64,000 nucleotides of DNA, from assembly GCF_009914755.1 (NCBI RefSeq), contig NC_060928.1; one strand, written 5' to 3'. How positions within the stretch are numbered: position 1 is the first letter of the stretch; every line of letters begins with the position of its first letter. The position numbers were made by a program, and so were the translations under genes. This DNA comes from the human T2T-CHM13v2.0 reference genome, Homo sapiens. The notes under the pieces were generated by a model that worked only from the letters and a program-made list of their open reading frames with translations, was not told the DNA's origin and searched no databases. Shown here piece after piece: positions 29,788-44,600 of the stretch.

Positions 29788-30710
29788 TGTGGTAGGTAGA
29801 ATAATAGTCCTACTGAACACCTGCTATTAGAATAGTCCTTATCTCTGGAGCCATAATATGTTATGTTAGAGAGCAAGGGAGAATTAAGGTTGCAGATGGA
29901 ATTAAAGCTGTGTCTCAGTCTGTTTGTGCTGACATAACAAAATGCCACAAACAGGGTAATTTATAAATAATAAAAATTTATTTCTCATAGTTCTAGAGGC
30001 TGGGAAGTCCAACATTAAGGCATCAGCAGATTTGGAGTCTGGTGAGGGCTGCTGTCTGCTTCCAAGATGGCATGTTCTTGCTGCATTGTCACGTGGCAGA
30101 AGGGGACAAAAAGTGACAAATGCTATGTCTTCACATGACAGAAGAGATAGTAGAGCACCTACGGTGCTCCCTTCAACTTTGAGGCTGCTAATCTTATTCA
30201 TGGGGACTACATCCTCCTGACTTCATCGCTTCTTAAAGGTTCAACTTCTTAATACTATCACATTGGTGGTTAAGTTTCAACATGTGAATTTTGAGGGACA
30301 CATTCAGATCACAGCGTGCAGCTATCAGCCAACTTTAAAATAAGGAGATTATCTTGGATTGTCCATGTAAGACCAATGTATCACAAAGATCCATTAAATG
30401 TAGAAGAAACAGAAGAGAGTGTAGCAGACTGATGCAACATGAGGTAGACTTAACAATTACTAGTTACTTCCACGGCCTTGAAGATGGAAGGAGACCATGA
30501 GCTAGGGCACTGTTGGCAGCCTCTAGAAGCTGAAAAAGGCAAGGAAATGGATTCTCCCCTAGAGTCTCCAGAAGGAATGCTAACCTTAATTTTAACCCAG
30601 TGAGACCCATTTCAGACTCTAACTTCCAAAACTGTAAAATAATAAATTTCTGCTGTTTAAGCCACCAGGTGTGTGGTAATTAGTTACAGGAGCAATAGGA
30701 AATGAACACA
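29788..30710 (+). mobile_element. MLT1 (D/E-like) LTR nested in ERV-L and split by a second MaLR LTR
   Basis: tgtggtaggtagaataat...gttgcagatggaatta, then aaggagattatcttggatt...ggattctcccctagagtctccagaagg...gcaataggaaatgaacaca. Confidence 0.82.
29909..30316 (-). mobile_element. MaLR LTR (MST/MLT1A-like) nested in MLT1
   Basis: tgtctcagtctgtttgtgctg...ttctagaggctgggaagtcc...aagtttcaacatgtgaattttgagggacacattcagatcacagc. Confidence 0.82.
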
Positions 30711-32960
30711 TACACTAATACTCATCCATTTAATGTACAAGTCTGGCCACCAAAGATAGCAGATAAGTCCTAGAGGATTCCAGTGGACAACTGCAAACTC
30801 AGGTAGTAGCCCCATTTGCAGCTGCTGTGCCAAATGTAAATTTCCTAGCACATTAACATGATCTCAGGTGCATGGAATGTGGCCACTGAGTTGGTAAGCC
30901 CATTCTTTTCTATTCCAACAAGGAAAAAAGGATTAGAATCAGTTAACATTCACATGGAATGGGTAACTATATATATATATCTATTTACAGTTTTACCCAA
31001 GGCTTTTAAAAATCTAATGCATTCTATAATATTGTAGTCTGTCATAATATAGTCAGAGGAGATCTGGAACTTGTGGCTATTCCCCCTAGAATAACATACT
31101 GATCCACTGTATTAAAGATATTATGCTAAGAAGGTTAGATGAACAAAAAGTGTTTAGTGTTCTGGAGGGCTTGGCAAGACACCTATGCAACTGATGGTGA
31201 AAGATAAATGCTACAAAGATTCAAACGTTTATCATATTTTAAAATATTTTAGGAGCTCAGTAGTCATGGGTATACTAAGATATACCTTGAGAGGAAAAGA
31301 CAATTATTGCATCTTGCACTTTCCACCGTAAAGAAGGAAATCCAATGCCTAGAGATCTCTTTGGGATCAGGAGGCAGCATATTCTATACATGGGACTACT
31401 GCTTCAGTCCATATATTGGGTACTACAGAAGGATGCCATCACTGAGTGGGGTCCAGAGCAAGAAAGAGCTCAGCAGCAGGTCCCTGTTGCAATGTAAGCA
31501 GCACAAATGACCCAGCACACACTATGATATTGGATATGAGTGGTGGGAAAAGATGCTGTTTCAGCCTTTAGGGTTCTGGAGCTAGGCTATGGCTTAATGG
31601 TAGAGAATTATATGCCTTTCGAAGAATATCTCCTGTTGAGCTATCAGGTTCTGGTAGAGATGGAGCATCTGTCCATGAGACACCAAATAACCATGCTTTT
31701 GGAAGTGGGTTCTGTCAGAGCCACTAGAGTGTAAGGTAAGGCAGGCTCAGTAGCAATCCATTGTAAGAGGAAAGAGGTACATGTATGATCAAGCATGAGC
31801 TGGACTAAGGATACAAGCAAACTGCATGAGCAGGTAGCCCAGACCCCCATGCTATTTGCTACTGTTCCACCAGTGCTCCTCCCTCAGCTTATCCCTGTGG
31901 CCATCTGGGAGATCCCTTACAACCAGCTTACAGAGGTTTACAGATGGCTCAGCTCAGTATATAGGAACATGCTGAAAAGAGGCAATAGTAGCACTGCAAC
32001 ATCACTGGTGAGAGGCACTGGAAGGCAGTGAGGAAGGAGTTTCAGGCAGTGTGCCTGGTTATTCACTTTGTATGGGAAGAAAAGTGGCTCAGTGTTAGAA
32101 TATATACAAACTCATGGGCAGTGGCAATGAAAAGATGTTGGCCACCTAGGAGCGGGCAAAAAGTGTTAAGATCTTTATGTCATATGCAAATGCCCATCAG
32201 AGAGCATCTGTCATGGAAAAGGCAATGAACAATTGTGTAGACAAAATTGCTTGGCCATTTGACTTCCACTAGCCTTGGTCATTGGCCACACCAGTGCTTG
32301 CAGATGGGCTTGCTTGGAGTGGTCACAGTGGGAAAGAGGAAGGCTATGCAGGGTGGGTCCAATGGCATGGCTGCCTATTTACCAAGATTAAATTGGCTAC
32401 TGCTGCCATTGAATGTCCAAACCTCCAGCCAGAGAAAACAACACTGAGCCCCCAATATGTTACTCTTCCTTAAAGAGACCAGTCGGCCATTTGGTGGTAA
32501 GTGAGTACACCGATCACTTTCTATCTTGGAAAAGCCAGAGATTTGTTCTAACATAAAAAGCCAAGTATTCTGGGCATGGATTTGCCTTTCCTGCCCACAA
32601 GTTTCAACTAGAAAGACTATCTGAGGGTTTATGAAATATCTCACCCACTAGGATGGGATCTCAATAGGATAACATGGCATCAGATCAGAAGACCACTTGT
32701 CAGAAAAGAAGGCACAGAAGTAAACCATGCCTATGAGACTTACTGGCTGCATCAGAGATGGCATCACTCAGAAACTTTTGGCCTAGGAGAGTTTTGGCAT
32801 GGTCTACCAAAGGTGCAGTTTAAGCATCAGCTTGGAGGTGGTACTCTATGAGGTATCATACTATCCTATATGGCCCCAATAAAAAGAATATGTAGGTCCA
32901 GAAATAAAGAAGTGGAAGCAGTAGTGGTCTCACCATCATTCTCACTGATTCACTGGGGAA

Positions 32961-33550
32961 CTATTAATAAAATGCCCAGTCATTTGGGCCTGGCATGGGA
33001 TACCTCTAAACAGCCATATATGCTCCAGAGCTCTCCATGGGATTGGATGAGGCTAGATTGTGACTGCATTGCCCTTCAACTTCATCCTTTAGAGAATCCT
33101 GTTTCTTCCTCTCCTCTTATACAAGTCCAGATGCTTAAAAAAAATGCCCTGCTTGCCAAACTCTGTGTCAGACTCTGTTTCTAGAGAGGTGGCTCCCCAA
33201 ACTTTTTGGCACCAGGGACCGGTTTCATGGAAGACAATTTTTCCATGGATGGAGGTGGGGTGAGGGTGGGGATGGTTTTGGGACACTGTTCCACCTCAGA
33301 TCATCAGGCATTAGATTCTCCTAAGGACTGTGCAACCTAGATCCCTTGCATGCGCAGTTCACAATAGGGTTCATGATCCTATGAGAATCTAATGCTGCAG
33401 CTCATCTGACAGGAGGTGGAGCTCAGGTGGTAATGCTTGCTGGCTTGCCCCTTACCTCCTGTGGTGCCGCCCAGTTCCTAACAGGCCACAAATCAGTACT
33501 GATCTGTGGCCCGGGGGTTGGGGACCCCTGTTCTAGAGAATCCAAGCTTT
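32961..33550 (+). mobile_element. Partial LTR16-type 3' LTR interrupted by MER1B
   Basis: gctccagagctctccatgggattggatgaggct...ctctgtgtcagactctgtttctagag, resuming at aatccaa. Confidence 0.6.
33187..33530 (+). mobile_element. MER1B (hAT-Charlie) with 8-bp TSD
   Basis: tccccaaactttttggcaccagggaccggtttcatggaagac...ggttggggacccctg; TTCTAGAG at 33179-33186 and 33531-33538. Confidence 0.92.
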
Positions 33551-33699
33551 GGTGGCTCCCAATCTCAGTTCCCTTTCCAGAGATAACTTGGTGTATATTT
33601 TGCTAGGCCTTTCTGTAAATACACAGATATTTTAAATTTTAAAACTTTTCTTCACATAAATGGGCTCATAACATATATGTTTTTCTGTGACTAGATATG

Positions 33700-35420
<1,721 letters not shown>

Positions 35421-35423
35421 TTT

Positions 35424-36203
35424 TGCTCTCCTGGCTCCTTTGTATTTTTGCATAAATTTTATGAACTTCTGCTTCTGGGAAAGGTGGAGTAAGAAGGACC
35501 TGCTCTTCCTTTATACTTAAAACAACTGGAAAACTGAATAAAACATACAAAACAATGGTTTTCAGGCATTGGATATCAGGCAATGCAGGACAATATTCAC
35601 TGAGACATGATAAGCATAGAAGAGCCGCGTGATTGCCCATTCTACTGCCAGGAGAGAGTTTCCAGGCCACAGCGCAGGCAGGGGACACCCAGCAGAGGCT
35701 GACAGTCTCCGTGAGTAGAGGAGAGAAAGTTAAGAGTCTTTAGAGAATAATCAGCTTAAGATCCTGGGGTAGAGTACAAAAGAAGAGAGAGCTGTTAAGA
35801 GAGTTCCAGAGGTCTGCTGGGTACTGATAATCTCATAAGTATAAGGAGAGTACCTGCGACTGCAGACAGAATTTCATCTGAAAGGGGCAGAGGCAACAAT
35901 CCCCAGCACTCACCGAGGTCCAGAAATGCATCACGTTCTCACCAGCCAGAGTAGAAAACCTCATAATTCATAGGGAATTGTATAGAAAATTCAGGAATTT
36001 ATTGGAACCAAATTAGCCATTGGCTAAAGATTTTTCTAATTCCCACCTAATAAAGTTTGAAAAAAAGCTTTGAAAGATTCAAACTATTTCCACGTAACTT
36101 AATGAAATTCAAGAACAAAGCCCCAAAATATTTTTAAAAGTGTAAGATTTTTACACTTTTGAAAGCACCCAGCAAGGTAAGATTCACAATGTCTAGCATC
36201 CAA
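35424..36203 (+). mobile_element. Old L1M 5'-end/ORF1-region fragment
   Basis: acttctgcttctggg...caatggttttcaggcattggatatcaggc...aaggtaagattcacaatgtctagcatccaat. Confidence 0.6.
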
Positions 36204-36689
36204 TGTGGTAGGATGAATAATGGCCCCCAAAACAGCTATATCTCAATCTTTGGAGCCTGTGAATGTTATCTTATATGGCAAAAGGGCCTTTGCAGATGTG
36301 ACTTAAAGATATTGAGATGAGGAGATTATCCTTAATTATTTCAGTGGGCTCTAAATGTAACCACAAGTTTCTTTAGAAGAGAGAGGAAGAAGGAGATTTG
36401 ATTACACAGACAGAAGGCAATATGATACTGAGGCAAGATGTTACACTGCTAGCTTTGAAGATGGCTGATGGGGCCATGGGCCAAGGAATGCAAGGATTGA
36501 AGCTCTCGAGGCTGGAAAAGACAAGGAAACAGATCCTCCACTTGAGTCTCCAGAGTAAGCATGACCCTGAAGATACTTTGTTTTGGCCCAGTAAAACTGA
36601 TTTTGGACTCCAGAACTGTAAGAGAATGTGTGTTGTTTAAGCCCTCAAGTAGTAGTAATCTGTTACAGCAGCCATAGGAAACTAATACA
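36204..36689 (+). mobile_element. MLT1D-like LTR
   Basis: tgtggtaggatgaataatggccccc...ctttgcagatgtg...gcagccataggaaactaataca. Confidence 0.88.
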
Positions 36690-38145
36690 GATTTTGGTAC
36701 CAGGAGTAGGGTACTGCTTAACAAATACATAAAAATGTGAAAGTTGCTTTGGAATTGGGTAATGGGCACAGGCTGAAAGAATTTTGAGAAGCATGATAGA
36801 AAAAGTATAGATTGCTTTGAACAAACTATTGGTAGAAATATGTGTGTTAAAGTCTCTGCCAGTGAGAGCTCAAAAGGAAGTGAGGAACATGGTGGAGAAG
36901 TCCTGTATTGTCTTAGAGAATACCTAGATTGTCATAAACCAATTATTGGTAGAAATTGAACATTAAAGACTCGTCTGGTAAAGACTCAGAAAGAAATGAG
37001 GAACATGTTTTTGGAAACTAGAGGAAAGAAGTTTCTTGTTATAATGACAAAAAGCTTACATGAATTGTGTCCATCAGTTGAGTGGCAAACAATCCTTGTA
37101 GGTAATGAGCTTGACTGTTTAAAGGAGGAGGTATCCAAGCAAAGTAATGAAGGCACAGCTTGGTTTCTTCTTGCCAATTATAGTAAAATGAGAGAATGAA
37201 GAGATAAATTAAGGAAAGAACTGTTAAGCAAAAAGTAAACAGGACTCAATAATTTGGGAAATTCTCAGGCTATCTGGTTTGCAAAATATTTTGAGTTAGA
37301 GATTCACTGCCATGCGATAAGAAGAAAGCCAAGGGTATGGCTGGACAATGTTTTTCTAGTGTTTTGGAAGAATCAAAAGATAAGGATGTTCATTTATACA
37401 GAGGACTCTTTGAAGAGATTAAGCATGTGACTCATAGATCTCCATGGCAATTTCAGCAGAAATCATGAATAGAAATGTGATTATTCAGGAAATATATTTG
37501 GAGGAGCCTCTTGCTTAATGGCATAAATTCCCATGACATACACAGGAGACCTGCAAAGATTTTGAGACTCTTATTTCAGCAGAAATAGTGCTAGCTTGGA
37601 CTGTAAGGAATAAATATTGGATGAATGAAAGAAGTCTGTCAATACTCCAAAATTCTACAGGCAGGAAACAGGCTGATACAACTACTCAGCTTCAAACATG
37701 TCCTTCTCTTCTTTCAAGAAAAAGAAAGGCTGACGATAACAGTACAGCCTTAGGCCCAGAAGGCAGAGTCTTGTGTCCAGAGGGCAGAGCCATGAGTTCA
37801 AGAGGATTATTTTCAAGCCTTTCATACCTAACAGAGTTTTCTTAGTTGCACTTTGAAATTGCTTGGGACCAGAGACCTTTTTTCTTTCTTCCATTTTCTT
37901 TTTTTGTGTGGAATATCTATAACTGTTATCCTATGCCTGTCCCACCATCATACTTTGTGAGAAGATAACTTGTTTTCTAGTTTCACAGGTCTACAGATGG
38001 AGGGGAATTTTTCCCCAAGGCAGATTATACTCAGATTTCACCAGTACTTGATTTAGATGATGAGATTTGGGACTTTTGAGCTGATGATATTTAGATAAGA
38101 TTTGGACCTGTAATGGATTGCAACTTTGGTGGATATTAGGGTGGT
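36690..38145 (+). mobile_element. MLT1 internal region, no 3' LTR seen
   Basis: gattttggtaccaggagtagggtactgct directly after the LTR; ttatcctatgcctgtcccaccat...gatgagatttgggacttttgagctgatg near the end. Confidence 0.8.
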
Positions 38146-40326
38146 GTGGAGCAACATGTCTCCCTTGACTGAGGTAGTTTAGTCTTCTCTTGCTTGTGAA
38201 CCTGTGCAATGGCTTCCTTTGAGGTAGTTACTTTGCAGGAGAATGATGATGCCCTTTAGGACCTCTTCCCACTCCCTCGCATTGCTTTTAGACCTGTGAC
38301 CAGACTTGAGACCCACCATCCACCAGAGGACGAGATACAGCTACCTATGAGGAGACATTATATACTCCAAAATAATTACAACATAAACCTTGAAAATATT
38401 TATCCAGCTGAATCCTAAGTGTGTTATATCAAGATTCCAGAAATCCTCAAATTATAATTATATTCCTTCCCTCATGTACAATCTCCTTGCTAAATGACAC
38501 AACATTTCTTTGGGAGTCTAGAGGTACGATTTATCGTATACATTTTTTACAGGACAGCAGGGTCCCACCTCAAGAGAATACTAGTCTTCCCTTCATTCAA
38601 GGGGCTCTGGGTCTAGGAACTGGTTGAGGGGCCTCAATTCTCTGTTGTGATTCAAATCAGACTTCTTTCATTAGACTTAGAGCTTTTCCACTTTCACAAA
38701 TCAAGTAAGCCTTTAATACACTGCCCATTTATTTCAGTCCTGAGGGCACTGTGATCAACTAGCCGACACCAAAGATCTCTGCAGGTCTAAGCATTCTGAT
38801 GACTACTTTGGTTCTGCTTACATGACAGTAACCATAGCTGCTTTGTCTCTGACAATTAACTGCTTTCACTGTCTTCCTGCCACCCTGGCATCTTGTCATC
38901 CTCATTGAATTCATGGAGCTTGGTTAGATGGCAGCTTTTCCCATCCTGGCCTACAAACAATAACTACCACAGACTCTTCAAGGATATGAGGGTTCACCTT
39001 ACTAATGGCTCACCTTCTTAATGTCTTGGAGAAGGCAGTTATATTTGTATCTTTTCTCTTTTTCTCTAAGTTGTCAAATCTTGGCCATTTTATTGTTTCT
39101 CCCCCCAAAATATGCTTTTGGTTTTACTGCTATGTACTTAGTTTTGTTTTGTATTTAATTAATTTATGTTTGTGTTTATTGCTTCATTCCTTTGAATTTC
39201 TCTGGATTTATTATTACATTTTTAATTCTAGAGTTATAATTTTAACTATTTTGTTTTCAACCTTTCTTAGTTTTAATAAATTCTTTTAAGCTATAATTAT
39301 TCTTCATTTCTTTCTTCAGATACAACATTGAGCTGTTTCATATACTGTTTGATAAGCAATTTTCTTTGTCATTATTTTTATTACAGTTTGAAACTTTGAT
39401 TTTTATGTCCTCTTTAAACCAAGAGTTATTTAAAGGAGTGCTTTCACATTTTGAAGTGTATATATTTAACACAAAACCTATTCAATTCTTTTTAAGGCCT
39501 ATTTTATTGTTGCTGTTAGCAAATATATTCTGTATGCTATTTTCCTTCCTGAATTCACTGAGATTTTATTTATGGCCTAATATATGGACAATATTTATAA
39601 CTGTTCCCTGTATGCTTGAAAAGCAGATGCATTCTTTACTTTTTTGGGCTAAGACGAAGGCCTAATTCTGCCCTGCTCCTTCCAACATCCACAGTCTTTC
39701 TCCTCTCTGTTCCTACTCACAATACCAATTTTAAAATTCTGCTCTTGGTCTCTATTTTGACATTTTAGAACTAAAATACAGCAATAATTTTCACATTTTA
39801 TTTCGCTACTTCCTCTCTCCTCTTCCCCATCTTCAAATAAATTTTTATTTCAAAATTTCTTCTTCTTTAGCCCTTTTAGGTATTTTTGAAGTTTTAATTC
39901 TCAATTATTGCTCTTCCTGGAATTATGCATTTTTAAAAATGATTCTTAGCAACACTTATTTTATACTTGAAAAATTGCATTATTATGAAGTTTTGATTTT
40001 AACAACTTTTTTTTCAGTTTTTAAAAACTAGCAGTTTTTTGCTTACCATTGTCTCTGGTATACTCAATCTTTTACTAACTTGAGATGTTTGTCCTGAATT
40101 AATTTTCTCTTTGCTTCTTTGTTTTCTCAGAAAAGACACACAGGTAATATATTTTGTGATCATATAAATTTATTCACTTGTCCTTCCATAGGGATGATAT
40201 CTAGGCTGGTAAAAAATTCTTGGATCTTACTCTTTTTCCCTGGAAAGCACATAAATATATTTTTCCCTGTCTTCCACATTTGCAGGTGAGAAATCCATTG
40301 TAATTTTCTTTCCTGTGTAAATTAAT

Positions 40327-40329
<3 letters not shown>

Positions 40330-40396
<67 letters not shown>

Positions 40397-40398
40397 GG
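40330..40398. repeat. Compound (TG)n(AG)n microsatellite
   Basis: About 23 TG units followed by about 11 AG units. Confidence 0.97.
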
Positions 40399-40510
40399 GA
40401 GAAAGATTGCCTGGAAGTATGAGGTTTTATTTTTTTATCTTTGGCATTCATGGATTTTATCAGATTTTGTCAAAATGTGTATCACTTAAAAAATTAATTA
40501 GGCCTGGTAC

Positions 40511-40618
40511 ATTTTTCTCTTTCTTTCTCTTTCTTTCTTTTCTTTCTTCCTTCCTTCCTTCCTTCCTTCCTTCCTTCCTTCCTTCCTTCCTTCCTTCCTT
40601 CCTTTCTTTCTTTCTTTC

Positions 40619-40649
<31 letters not shown>

Positions 40650-40661
40650 CTTTCTTTTTCT

Positions 40662-40692
<31 letters not shown>

Positions 40693-40803
40693 CCTCACTC
40701 CCTCCCTTCCTTCCTTCTTTCTGTTTCTTTGTTTCTTCTTTCCCTTCTTCCTTTCTTTCTTCCTTCCTTTCCCCTTCTCCTTCCCTGCCCTTCTTTCTTT
40801 TCT
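40511..40803. repeat. Polypyrimidine (TTCC)n/(TTTC)n/(TC)n tract at an Alu tail
   Basis: ~290 bp almost all C/T, abutting the Alu 3' end. Confidence 0.95.
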
Positions 40804-41080
40804 CACAGTTTCACTCTGTTGTCCAGGCTAGAGTGAAGTGGCACGATCTCGGCTTACTGTTACCTCTCCCTCCCAGGTTCAAGCGATTCTCCTGCCTCAG
40901 CCTCTTGAGTAGCTGAGATTACAGGCATGCACCACCATACCTGGCTAATTTTTTTGTACTTTTAGTAGAGATGGGATTTCACCATGTTGGCCAGGTTGGT
41001 CTTGAACTCCTGACCCCAAGTGACCTGCCTGCCTCAGTTTCCCAAAGTGCTGGGATTATAGGCATGAGTCACCACATGCA
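40804..41080 (-). mobile_element. AluS
   Basis: cagtttcactctgttgtccaggct...ggattataggcatgagtcacc. Confidence 0.92.
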
Positions 41081-41491
41081 TGGCACATTTCTATCTGAAA
41101 AGCAGAATCTTTCTTCTGTTGTCTTTTTAAACTCCTCCTTTGTATGACCTCTTTTCATATCTTGGAATGACTTTTTTATTTATTTGTTTGTTTCAGCTCT
41201 TGTGGATCTGTCCTCCATGTCTTGTGACTTCCAACTTTGATATTTCAGGGCTTTGTTTTCATAGTTTCTCTATTTGGTCCTTCATATTTTAAATTTTGTT
41301 TCCAGAAGTATCCACTCTATTTTGGTGTTCCTCTAGTGAAGTTTTAAATTCAAGTACAATGGTTTTAGTTTTTGTTTTTCAAACAAATATTTTTAGTGTT
41401 TTGAGCCTTCACTTACCAATATCTTCTTGTATGTCATTAATTTCTTTCTTCATTTTATGAAATTGTCTTTTTTTTTTTTTTTTTTTCACCA

Positions 41492-41672
41492 TGAGTGTCT
41501 AACCTCTTGGCTTCCCTGGGACAAAGTGGAAGAAGAATTGTCTTGGACCACACATAAAATACTAACACTAACACAATAGCTGATGAGCTAAAAATAAGGT
41601 CCATGCCTAATTTTCGTGATATCCACTGCCATAGGTGAGCAAAAAAGTCCTCGCATTCAAAGGATTGGACAG
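41492..41672. mobile_element. MER30-type DNA element
   Basis: gtgtctaacctcttggcttccctggg...gaagaagaattgtcttgg..cacacataaaatac...atagctgatgagctaaaaa...gattggaca. Confidence 0.75.
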
Positions 41673-44600
41673 TAACTGCCTTAATGGGAGACTGCTGTCC
41701 TGGTTTTTGGTCCTGATCTTCCTCCTTCAAGCTACTTAACGCCTTAAATAATACCTCGAATCTTTTTTTACTCTCCTTTAATAGTAGCTGTGTAAGTCAG
41801 ATCACTGGGATCTTTCCATCAGCGGTGGATGGGCAAAAGATAGAATAAAAAAAATACGACTTTTCTGGTGTGCCAGCAGTGAGCAGAAACTTGACACAGT
41901 GTCTGTTACCTTTCTTGAGTGTGTTTGAGTGTGTGTGTTGTGTGTGTGTGTGGGGGGGGGGAGTGGGGAGAGTTGCTTCTTCTTCTGAGGCATCACAAAA
42001 AGGGGGCAGTTCAGCTTGATGATACAATTCTTCCTGAGAATGGCCTGTAATGGTGGAACCAGAGGGTTTTCTTGCATTGGGGGCATTTATTAGGCTCAAA
42101 CTGCCAGTCCTTATTTTAGATGCAAAATCAATACACTTCACTTCAGTTTCTGTTAGGGTGATGGGCCTTCCCCTTGGATGCCTGGTCTTTGATCCTTCCA
42201 GCTTTGTAAATGATGTTGTACAGAAACTGCCCTAACCAGGCCAAGTAAACTGTCCCTGTAGGACACTAAATTCTAAGTAGGCCACACTTCCTTCATTTCC
42301 CTCTCCACTCCCAAGGGCCTCTCCACATTAGCTCTTTATCCTACTAATCAGCTGGGAGAGACGGGGATGTGTGCTCAGGCCTCCATCTTCTCAGCATGAA
42401 TTACTACTCTTTCTTTGACTGCTTCTTTCCCTATGTTTTCTCTATGTCCTCCATTGAGAGCTCTTAGTAGACAGATAACGCATCTCCTGGATCTATCTTG
42501 TTCCTTTTTTATTGTGCTAAGTTTTGAAAATGTCCTTGGTTTTATCTTGCAGGTAACTGATTGAAGTCTTCAGCTATTTGTTTCATTATTCAGAACTCCT
42601 ATTAGGTTTTTCTTATTTGGTGAATTATATACTTATTTTCCAAAACACCTTTTATGTTCTTAGCTGCTCTTTTAAAAATAGCTGCCAGTGCTTGCTTTAT
42701 AGAAATACCGTCCTTTCAAATAACTCTGAAAATACTAATTCAATCTTTTCAAAAATTTCCTTCTGTTTCTTCGATGATTTTTTTTTTTTTTTATTTTGGG
42801 ATCAGTTATATTGTTTGTTAATCTTTACATTTTAATTTAAACTGTTTTTTATTACTGTGTTTTGATGATGATTGTCTATTCTTGTTTATAAAAGGACTAA
42901 GTTGACCATTACAGGTAGCTGATGTGTATTTCTTCAGTAACTGTAAACTGTAGTTTATATGACTATACATATTTGGAGATGCCAGAGATGGGCTAAGTAA
43001 AAAGTTCGATGGGTAAATGCACATAGGCTTCCTTCCAATCACATGGGCACTGGGAAGACAGGCTAGCTGGGGACTTCTGCAACTGCTCAAGTTAGACAGG
43101 CATTACTCTGGGTGAAGTGCTTTATGCCGTTAAAATGCGAATTAATGTGTCTGTTAATTAGATGTTTAAAAAAATTTAACTGGTATAGATAGCCACCTAT
43201 GGAATCCCCATATTTATATTGAAAATAAAAATAACAGGTTATTTTTGCTGATTATGTAAAGTACCACCATATGAACAACTTTCCAGTTCAATTCAAAGCT
43301 TAAGTCTTTTAATGTACTCTGACTATAAGAGGATTTAAAAATACAGTTGTGGATGAAAACAATTATCTTTCTTTTTAACAAAGAAATTTTAAAAAGAGTA
43401 TATGTTTAACTGTATTTTTTTCAATGGAGGGGAGAGCACAGAAAAATCATGATGTTGGATATGTACCTAGATCATGTAGGTACATATGTACATAAACTTT
43501 GTTCGGTCCTTAGCTATTTATGAAATTAATTTCATTTTTATACAGATTCCTCCCTTTTACTTATTGGAGTGAGCTCTCCTCTTTATAGCAAATCTTTCCC
43601 TGATTAGAATACCATATGCAAATTAAGACAGTGCATATCTACACTTTGTAAAAAGCTTTGGCCTTACTTCAATGCAAGTTAGATTTTATATACCACTGCC
43701 GCGTTTGATGCATGTTGATTCAAATTCATGCTGCTACGCTTTGGTGAGGAGAAGCTGAAAGGCAGATGCTGAAGAGGGATGCTGAAGCTGACATGAGGGA
43801 GGCCAACTCAAGGAAACGGAAACATTTCTCTAGGCTTGGAGGCACTTTCGCATTCCATATACTTTTCGGTTCTAAACAAGATGTGAAAGGACACAGGGTC
43901 ATGGCTCTTCACTGTCTGCTTTACCACCTTCTTTTTGTCTTGTATTCACCGGGGAAATATTTCTCAACTCTATAACCTCCTAAAAATGACAGCAGGTTTA
44001 GGACTGTCTGTCTACCAGGGGACTCCCATGAGAACCTATGGCCGGTTTTTCCCTGTCTTTTCAAAGTCTGCAATCATTTTAAGATTGAATCACTCCAGGG
44101 GCACCAAAGTCAGACTTATTGCAACTTGGCTGTTACTAGATGTTCATAAAATAAGAGAGAAAAACAGCAAAATTAAAAGCTAATGGATTAGGGCAAGCAA
44201 ACACATCAGACTCACCTTGATTGTAAAAGTAATGGCTCTGGTTCTGTCATCACTGAAAATGTTAAAAACAATAAAGACACTAAGAGGTACACAGCCTTCT
44301 TGCATGGGTCCAAGTATGATATCATCTATCCTTGCTTCCTGCTTTTCATTCGTGACTAGAGAAATATCATCATCATCATCAACATTGTCATCAGTTTAGA
44401 ACTATCTGAATAGACGTCTGAAGTAGACCTCTGGGAGCATTTACATATCCAATTACAACAGGATGATTATTCATACTGTTAAAACTGCCTTGCACATAAA
44501 AACGCCTGACCTAGCTGAAAGTTCCTAATAATAATGCTTTACACTTGCATAGTGCTCTTAATGTTTCAAAAGATTTTCATATCCATTTTCCTAATTTGAG

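Noticed and set aside
28648-33184. Possible domesticated gag/pol gene
   Set aside because: All frames are fragmented, the RT catalytic motif has decayed (YIDD to CIKD), and several insertions are nested inside.
40407-40916. 169-aa F/L/S-rich and 102-aa K/E/R-rich ORFs
   Set aside because: Translations of a microsatellite tract.
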